Shown in pieces: positions 27,215 through 33,869 of a stretch of DNA of 64,000 nucleotides. Location: contig CAJMOS010000004.1 in the NCBI GenBank assembly GCA_905215015.1, positions 1,050-65,049 on the forward strand, read 5' to 3'. This stretch comes from an uncultured bacterium. Its GTDB lineage: Bacteria; Spirochaetota; Spirochaetia; Sphaerochaetales; Sphaerochaetaceae. The first letter of the stretch is position 1. Every line of letters begins with the position of its first letter. The notes beneath the pieces are model-generated. The model was given only the letters and a program-made list of their open reading frames with translations, was not told where the DNA came from and did no database searches. The position numbers and the translations under genes are program-made.

Positions 27215-30200
27215 GAGGGGTTTCCCAAAGGAAAGATAGAGATTTCTCGCGAAGGGTTGAATAGAAAAGTAAACTGGAACGATTCTAGGGCTAGGGCTGG
27301 AGAATAATTGCGATTTAGATTAGTAGGTGTGCTATTATTTGCATTTAAGAGATTATGTTGGAGATTATGATGGAAAAAGAGGACGAGATGATTGCCAAGG
27401 AAGCTAATTGTTTTTCAGATCAGAATCTTAACGATGACGAATCACAATCTGTTCTACTTGATGTAGATGTCAACCCAATTGAACTCAGTTATGCATCTTT
27501 TCGGGGCAATGTATCTTTATCGATTGAAGTACTGATTGAGAATGATACCGATACTCCTTTGAAAGGTTGCCAATTGGTCGTGAAAACATACACTTCTCTT
27601 CTCTCGGAACTGGATAGACAAATCCCTGTTTCCACCACAATTCGGGATCGTTCTTCTGCTTCAAATACATATAAAACAAGAATTAAATGCAAGATTAATC
27701 CTGAATTGTTTCGGGGATTGAGCGAAGATGAATTACAGACAATAACTATTTCCCTCATTGATCCAGTTAAGAACTTGACACTCCAGTCTAAGGATGTATC
27801 CCTTACTATTAAACCTGCCAAATATAGGAATGAAGATCCCAACACTGTCGCAGTATTTATTCAGCGTAACAATGATGCCATTTCAAAACTTGCCTCGTCC
27901 GTTGGTGAGGTGCTTAAACAATATTGCGGATCATCCGCACTTTGCGGTTATCAAAAGAATGATCCTACGCATGTGAGGCAACAATGCGCGGCGATTTATG
28001 CAGTACTTCAAAAGCAAGAGATTTTATATTCTGAGCCTATAGTTTCGGATGAATTTCAGGGCCAACGGATTCGCTCTGCAAATGAAATACTTTCAGAGAA
28101 AACTGCAACTTGCCTTGATTTGGCTTTACTTTATTGTTCTCTAGCTGAACATATCGGCCTTCATCCAATTGTCTGCTTGGTTCCTCAACATGCATTCCCA
28201 GGGGTGTTGCTTGATGAGAAGAGATCTTTAGACCATGTTGTCTTTGATGACCCCTCTATCATTTCTCAGGATGCAGGAAATCATATTTGCGTTGTTGAAT
28301 CTACATCCTTCACAAAGGACACATCTAAAGATTTCAACCAAGCTTGCGCGTCGGCGTTGCAAAACGCACAGCAAGCGGAACAAATGCAAATCATTGATGT
28401 TCATTTTGCCAGATTGTCCCGAATTTTGCCTCTTCCTGAAAGGAAATTAGATGAGAATGGCGTTCCTGTCTATGTGGAAGATTGTGGTTTTGACATAGAA
28501 GGAAACCAGGCTTCTCATGATGAATCTGTTGCAGAAATTGATCTAACAAAAAAAGAAATAGCAGATAATACTCCAAAGGGAAGATTTGAACAGTGGCAAA
28601 GAAAATTGTTGGATTTCTCTTATCGCAATCCATTGATGGATATGCGTATGGGAGGATCCTTCATCCAGATTCTTTGTCCAAATGTGGGTGAATTCGAAAA
28701 TGCATTGAGTTCGGGCGCATCTTTTTCTCTTAGTGAGGATGACAGAGCCACGGAGCCCAAAGCAGATTTATCAGAAGCTGCGATAGCCGCAAACAGCAAT
28801 GATCAGGCTTTGCGTTCGTTGCTTCAACACAACATAATGAGAACTTCTGAGACAAAAGCGAACCTCAAACGAAAACTTGGTTCCATTTATCGTAAAACCC
28901 AAAAAAACTTGAGCGAGTCAGGAGTTTATACTCTCTATTTGACGCTTGGTCATATTGAATACTATGAGAAAGAACAAGCATATCGAGCGCCTGTACTGCT
29001 TTATCCTGTAGAGCTTATTCGGAAAAACGGTGAATATACTTTGCAGATGAGGGATGACGAGGATCCCCAGCTTAATTTCAGTGTCTTCGAAAAATTTCGT
29101 AATGATTTGCAATATGCAACTTGTTTGAGTTACCAGAATTTACCTACAGATGAGTCTGGATTGAATATTACGGAGATTTTCGCAATTCTTCGAGCTGAGT
29201 TGAAAGAAATACCCCGTTGGAAATTGATCGAGTCATGTTCCTTGGGCATTTATTCTTTCGATCAGTTTGTCATGTACAATGATTTGAAAGGCCATTCTGA
29301 TGCACTGTTGAATAACAAGATAATAAAAAGCCTTGTGAACCGTGAACTCGCATTCCAACAACCAGATCTTCCCAAAGTGGAGGATATTGATTTTATTAAG
29401 CAGATAGTACCTGTGCCATGCGATGAAAGTCAGTTGAAGGCAGTAAAGGCAGCTGCAGAAGGATACAGTTTCATCCTTCAAGGCCCTCCTGGAACCGGTA
29501 AGTCGCAGACCATCACTTCCATAATTGTCAATGCAATGGCTCATGGGAAAAAAGTGCTCTTCGTAGCAGAAAAAATGGCAGCGTTGCAGGTTGTGTATCG
29601 TAATCTTCACAAGGTGGGAGTGAGCAGCCATCTGTTGGAGCTGCATTCAGTGAAAGCTACAAGGGCTCATTTCCTTGAGCAATTGAGTGCTGCACTGGAA
29701 CAGTCAGAAGAAACTGTTTCTGACAATAAGGATGCTGAAGAACGGATTGAAGGCATTAGCAACGAACTGCATGCCTACATTCATGAACTTCATTCCCTTC
29801 GGCGTTGTGGAGAAAGCCTTTATCAATTAATGGATTCCTATATAAGGCATCGAAATGTACCGATTACCCAAATACCTTTTTCTGATATAGAAACGGTTCA
29901 ACAAGAAGATTTGGAAGCTTGTAACAGCCATTTGCAGGAGTATTCTACAAATCTGAAGAGGTTCAGGCCTCTTGCTGTATCACCTTTCCAAGGATTGCAT
30001 TTCACTGCCTATGATGATGAGACAAGAACGGAAGTGGTAGGACTTTCAAGACAACTCAAGACCCTATTGGAAAAAGCTTTGGGGATGGGAAATGTTCTTG
30101 CCGGACATATGCGGGGAAATGGGTTTATTCTCTCTTCTGTTTCCTGCGATGAGCTTGTTGTTCTGAATGGTTTGATTGAGGAGTTAAAAAATGACGATCT

Positions 30201-33200
30201 TCCCAAGCAGTTCCTTTCAATAGAATCTTCTTCATTGCGAGATGGACTTTCTGCTCTGGAGCATTACTTCAAATTGAAGAGTGATACGGATACGTCTCAT
30301 GGCTGGAGTCCTGAGATTTTCCAAGAAAGTATTCCTGGGTTGATTCAGCAATGGGACTCAGTAAAAAAAGGCTTCTTCAAAGGAAAACAACGTGCTGCCC
30401 TTATTTCCAAGGTCAATTCCATGGCCCCATCCGGCATTGTCGTAACAGAACAGAATATTGTCGAAGAATTGAAAAAACTCAATAGTCTGATTTCTGACTT
30501 ACGCAAACTTCAACAAGAAGAGTTGAAAATCCCCGAAAACATTCGTTTCCTTTGTACGAAAAATCTGGCAGTTGCACAAAAAGTAGTGAAAGATGTCAGT
30601 TTGTATCGTCAAGAAACTGCAAATGTCTTGAAGAAATTGGAATATGCTTCAACGGGATGGGAAAACCTTCAGATTGCATTAGATTGGTTTGAGAGTACCG
30701 ATTTTACTAAGGAGTTGCATGCTTTCAGTGATATTCAAAAGGAAATCCATACGTGTTTGGATGCTTTATTCGCTTTACTGAAAGCAGACAGTACCATCTC
30801 TGCATTACCCTATAGCGAATTAGCCAAGCGTTGTGAGTGCTGGATGATGCAGAATAACGACATGAGCGCATGGGCTCATTGCAACGATTTGGGTTCATGG
30901 TTCGATGACAAGCCATATGCAAAGCCTTTTGTGCAAAAGCTCCTTGAGGGTAATGATGTCCAGGACGTTTCCCTCCAGCTTGTTGCTTCTTGGGAAAAAT
31001 CCTACATAGATGAAATTTTCCAGACGAGTTCTCTGTTGTTTCGGTACGAACAGAGCGGTTTTGATGAGCGCATACAGATGCTTATGCAAGCAGAGGAAGA
31101 GTACCGGAATCATGTGAAAAAATCATTGCCAATGTTATTGTCCAAACAGATTCCTGAGGATGGACAAGCGGGTAGACCTTTACAAAGATATGTGGCTACA
31201 AAAGGTAAAAAACAGTCCGTGCGGCAATTTCTAGCAAAATATATTCATGAAGTTCTTGCCTATTTCCCCTGCTTCCTCATGAGCCCGATGTCTGTTGCCC
31301 AATACCTTGATCCGGAAATTCATCCATTCGATCTTGTGGTCTTCGACGAGGCTTCGCAGATACCTACATGCAAGGCGGTAGGTCCGATTGCACGTGGTAG
31401 GAATCTCATTGTTGTCGGAGATACGAAACAAATGCCTCCTACAAGTTTCTTCCAAAAGGGTTCCTCTGTAGACGAGGATAGTGATGATTTGTACGCTGAT
31501 GATTTAGACAGCATTCTTGCCGATTGCATCGACATACTTCCTCAAACGAGTTTGAATTGGCATTACCGAAGTGCTAACGAAAGTCTTATTGCCTTTAGCA
31601 ATAGTCATTATTACCATAACGGTCTCAAGACATATCCTTCTGTTGATTCTCTCCATTCCAAAGTTTTTCTTCGTAAAGTGGCAGGTTACTATCAAGCTGG
31701 AAATAAAGAGCCTAATCCCGCTGAAGCTGAAGCCATAGTGAAAGAGATACGACAACGGCTTGAAGATCCAAAAACACAAAATGAATCTATTGGAGTCATC
31801 ACCTTTGGTGAAAAGCAGCAAAATCTCATACAGGATAAATTGGACGAATTGTTTGCAAGAAGAAGGAAGTTGGCAAAACTCGCCAAATGGGACCAAAGTG
31901 AAATCGACTGTCCTGATCGTCTGATTGTCAAAAACCTTGAGAATATTCAGGGCGATGAGAGGGACGTCATTCTTCTCTCGGTTACCTATGGCAAAACCAA
32001 GGAGGGAAGGTTTTCTACCAATTTTGGGCCGGTGAGTTCGGTTGGTGGGGAAAATAGGCTTAACGTTGCTTTCAGTAGAGCAAAAAAAGAGATGGTGGTT
32101 TTTACTATCATTGACCTCGGTGAATTTTCCAGCAAGCAGATACCCTCAAAGGGTGGAAATGACTTAAAAAGTTTCCTTCAGTTTGCAAGTCAGTCGAACA
32201 ATGTACTCTTACCGTCAAAACGGCAAGACCAACAAGTGCACATGACGAGAGAGATATTACAAATGCTTGAAACTCACGGGTATGAGGGAGACTTGAACAT
32301 AGGGCTCTCTGATTTCCGGGTGGATATTGCATTGAAGAATCCAAAGAGGCCGGACACATTCTTCTGTGGGATTCTGCTCGATGGGGAAAGCATGGAACTT
32401 TCGTCTCTATCCAATGATCGTTTCATCCTTCGTGCGAACCTGCTCAAAGCTCGAGGGTGGAATATTGTTTTGGTACGTACGATTGACTGGTTTAATTCTC
32501 CAGAGCAAGAGAGTGCCTATATCCTGGATCAGGTAGAGAAATATAAAGACAATCTGACCGATGTTCAGCAAGAACTGGATGCTACCTTAGAATCTCCCAT
32601 TGACTCACCTACAGCCGATGGTTCTCGGATTGGCCTTGATTACCAAGCGTATGAGTTTGAAGTAGTGGATAAAATTACTTCGGATGAGTTTCTCGATCTC
32701 CCAGAAACCCAATTGATTGCTCGGTATAAGGATGTGATTGAAGGGGAAGGTCCAATCCTTGAGGATCTACTTGAGCAGCGTGTTCTTAAATCTTTTGGAT
32801 TGAAGCGACGGGGTCAAAACATAAAACCAATTCTTGATAATGCATTGCTGCATGGCAACTTTGTTGCTACTCAACAGGTTGATCTTGAAGGACATTCCCA
32901 ACGCGTATATTGGCCGGAAAAATGGAGAAATGTGGAAGGCATAGAATCAACATACAAACAATTTCGAAGAAATCGAGAAGACGCTTCAGCAGAAGGCAAA
33001 CGTCAGGTATTCGAAATACCGCAGGTTGAAATTCTGAATGCATTTCTGTCAACCATTGAAAGTAATGGATCGACGATGAAAGAAGAACTTGTTCGAAAGA
33101 CGGTCGAATCCTTAGGGTTTAAGTCCAAAGGTGCAAATATTCATGGCATTATGGATATGGTGTTGCGCAACGGAATTAGTGCGAAAAGATTGAGAATAGA

Positions 33201-33410
33201 TGAATTGGGACGGTTTGATATAGTACCAACAATGGGTGAACCACAAGATGCAGGTGAGATGGAGAACCCGTTGAACGCGGAAAATTCAAAAATTCCTCTC
33301 GAAAAAAAATGAGTTGTCCACTGAGATTGTCGAAAAATGTAAACCATTAGAATAGCCTGTTGAACAAAAAGTTCAGGTTGAAAGGAGTTTGCAGGCTTTT
33401 CACGTTTTCT
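27215..33410. other. AT-rich genomic island of about 6.2 kb carrying a single giant gene
   Basis: Base composition shifts abruptly by eye at about 27.2 kb and back at about 33.4 kb. AT-rich codons run throughout the ORF at 27355-33312, while the flanks are G+C-rich. I recognised no integrase, tRNA or clear direct repeats at the borders. Confidence 0.7.
27355..33312 (+). CDS. 1985-aa multidomain helicase-nuclease (Hhe-like architecture): N-terminal extension with a transglutaminase/papain-like Cys-His core, DUF4011-like region, SF1 Upf1-like helicase (AAA_11/AAA_12) with a long insertion, Vsr/DUF559-like endonuclease, duplicated DUF3320-like tail
   Basis: An uninterrupted 5958-nt ORF. The N-terminal extension has C253 (28111-28113) in TATCLDLALLY and H279 (28189-28191) in VPQHAFPGV. 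The DUF4011-like region starts with RFEQWQRKLLDFSYRNPLMDMR at aa 410 (nt 28582). Walker A GPPGTGKS is aa 710-717 (29482-29505). Motif II is VVFDEASQ with D1331-E1332 (31345-31350), followed by VVGDTKQMPP. Helicase C-half motifs are GVITFGEKQ, QGDERDVILLS and RLNVAFSRAK. The nuclease blocks are FRVDIAL (D1657 at 32323-32325), GILLDGES and ARGWNIVLVR. The start is uncertain: ATG 27355, or ATG 27367/27370, which follow GGAG. Confidence 0.85.
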   Translation: MLEIMMEKEDEMIAKEANCFSDQNLNDDESQSVLLDVDVNPIELSYASFRGNVSLSIEVLIENDTDTPLKGCQLVVKTYTSLLSELDRQIPVSTTIRDRSSASNTYKTRIKCKINPELFRGLSEDELQTITISLIDPVKNLTLQSKDVSLTIKPAKYRNEDPNTVAVFIQRNNDAISKLASSVGEVLKQYCGSSALCGYQKNDPTHVRQQCAAIYAVLQKQEILYSEPIVSDEFQGQRIRSANEILSEKTATCLDLALLYCSLAEHIGLHPIVCLVPQHAFPGVLLDEKRSLDHVVFDDPSIISQDAGNHICVVESTSFTKDTSKDFNQACASALQNAQQAEQMQIIDVHFARLSRILPLPERKLDENGVPVYVEDCGFDIEGNQASHDESVAEIDLTKKEIADNTPKGRFEQWQRKLLDFSYRNPLMDMRMGGSFIQILCPNVGEFENALSSGASFSLSEDDRATEPKADLSEAAIAANSNDQALRSLLQHNIMRTSETKANLKRKLGSIYRKTQKNLSESGVYTLYLTLGHIEYYEKEQAYRAPVLLYPVELIRKNGEYTLQMRDDEDPQLNFSVFEKFRNDLQYATCLSYQNLPTDESGLNITEIFAILRAELKEIPRWKLIESCSLGIYSFDQFVMYNDLKGHSDALLNNKIIKSLVNRELAFQQPDLPKVEDIDFIKQIVPVPCDESQLKAVKAAAEGYSFILQGPPGTGKSQTITSIIVNAMAHGKKVLFVAEKMAALQVVYRNLHKVGVSSHLLELHSVKATRAHFLEQLSAALEQSEETVSDNKDAEERIEGISNELHAYIHELHSLRRCGESLYQLMDSYIRHRNVPITQIPFSDIETVQQEDLEACNSHLQEYSTNLKRFRPLAVSPFQGLHFTAYDDETRTEVVGLSRQLKTLLEKALGMGNVLAGHMRGNGFILSSVSCDELVVLNGLIEELKNDDLPKQFLSIESSSLRDGLSALEHYFKLKSDTDTSHGWSPEIFQESIPGLIQQWDSVKKGFFKGKQRAALISKVNSMAPSGIVVTEQNIVEELKKLNSLISDLRKLQQEELKIPENIRFLCTKNLAVAQKVVKDVSLYRQETANVLKKLEYASTGWENLQIALDWFESTDFTKELHAFSDIQKEIHTCLDALFALLKADSTISALPYSELAKRCECWMMQNNDMSAWAHCNDLGSWFDDKPYAKPFVQKLLEGNDVQDVSLQLVASWEKSYIDEIFQTSSLLFRYEQSGFDERIQMLMQAEEEYRNHVKKSLPMLLSKQIPEDGQAGRPLQRYVATKGKKQSVRQFLAKYIHEVLAYFPCFLMSPMSVAQYLDPEIHPFDLVVFDEASQIPTCKAVGPIARGRNLIVVGDTKQMPPTSFFQKGSSVDEDSDDLYADDLDSILADCIDILPQTSLNWHYRSANESLIAFSNSHYYHNGLKTYPSVDSLHSKVFLRKVAGYYQAGNKEPNPAEAEAIVKEIRQRLEDPKTQNESIGVITFGEKQQNLIQDKLDELFARRRKLAKLAKWDQSEIDCPDRLIVKNLENIQGDERDVILLSVTYGKTKEGRFSTNFGPVSSVGGENRLNVAFSRAKKEMVVFTIIDLGEFSSKQIPSKGGNDLKSFLQFASQSNNVLLPSKRQDQQVHMTREILQMLETHGYEGDLNIGLSDFRVDIALKNPKRPDTFFCGILLDGESMELSSLSNDRFILRANLLKARGWNIVLVRTIDWFNSPEQESAYILDQVEKYKDNLTDVQQELDATLESPIDSPTADGSRIGLDYQAYEFEVVDKITSDEFLDLPETQLIARYKDVIEGEGPILEDLLEQRVLKSFGLKRRGQNIKPILDNALLHGNFVATQQVDLEGHSQRVYWPEKWRNVEGIESTYKQFRRNREDASAEGKRQVFEIPQVEILNAFLSTIESNGSTMKEELVRKTVESLGFKSKGANIHGIMDMVLRNGISAKRLRIDELGRFDIVPTMGEPQDAGEMENPLNAENSKIPLEKK

Positions 33411-33869
33411 TCGTGGATGGGGAGCCGGGATCAGGGATGGAAATGTAACGGATTGTGGTGAAGAAGTAATCGTCGTCACGAATAGCCGTAGCCGATCTGC
33501 TTCGCCACCTTATAAGGCCATCCCTTCCATGTCCACAAGGATGTGCTGTTGGTAACGGGCGGAAAGGGCAGTTCCGCTACCAATGACCGGCTTGTCATCG
33601 CCGACATGCTGGCAGTACAGCCAGATGATATTCCGGAACTCAGAGGGTATCCGTGGCGTTTCATAATTCCCGAGAAGACCCCATCAGAAGATGTGGATGA
33701 TAGACTCCGAGAGATAATGGATAATCGGTATGGTGTCTGAGATAGATGAAATGTGCGGGCATTGCTTTCTTATCCACGGGCATACCGTCAGGACTGGATG
33801 ATTCCTTGGGCTGATTGAAGCAGGTGGCGTGCTTTTGCCATTCGCGCATGGCTGTGGTATGCTTGAGGC

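Noticed and set aside
27287-27300. Mini tandem repeat CTAGGG-CTAGGG-CTGG at the left edge of the island
   Set aside because: It has only two units and no counterpart at the right border, so it is not convincing as an att site or terminal repeat.
29233-29646. 137-aa minus-strand ORF inside the giant helicase gene. Others lie at 31504-31896 and 27489-27845.
   Set aside because: The translations look random, Cys/His/Phe-rich with no motifs. They lie antisense to conserved helicase motifs, including Walker A, so they are probably chance ORFs.
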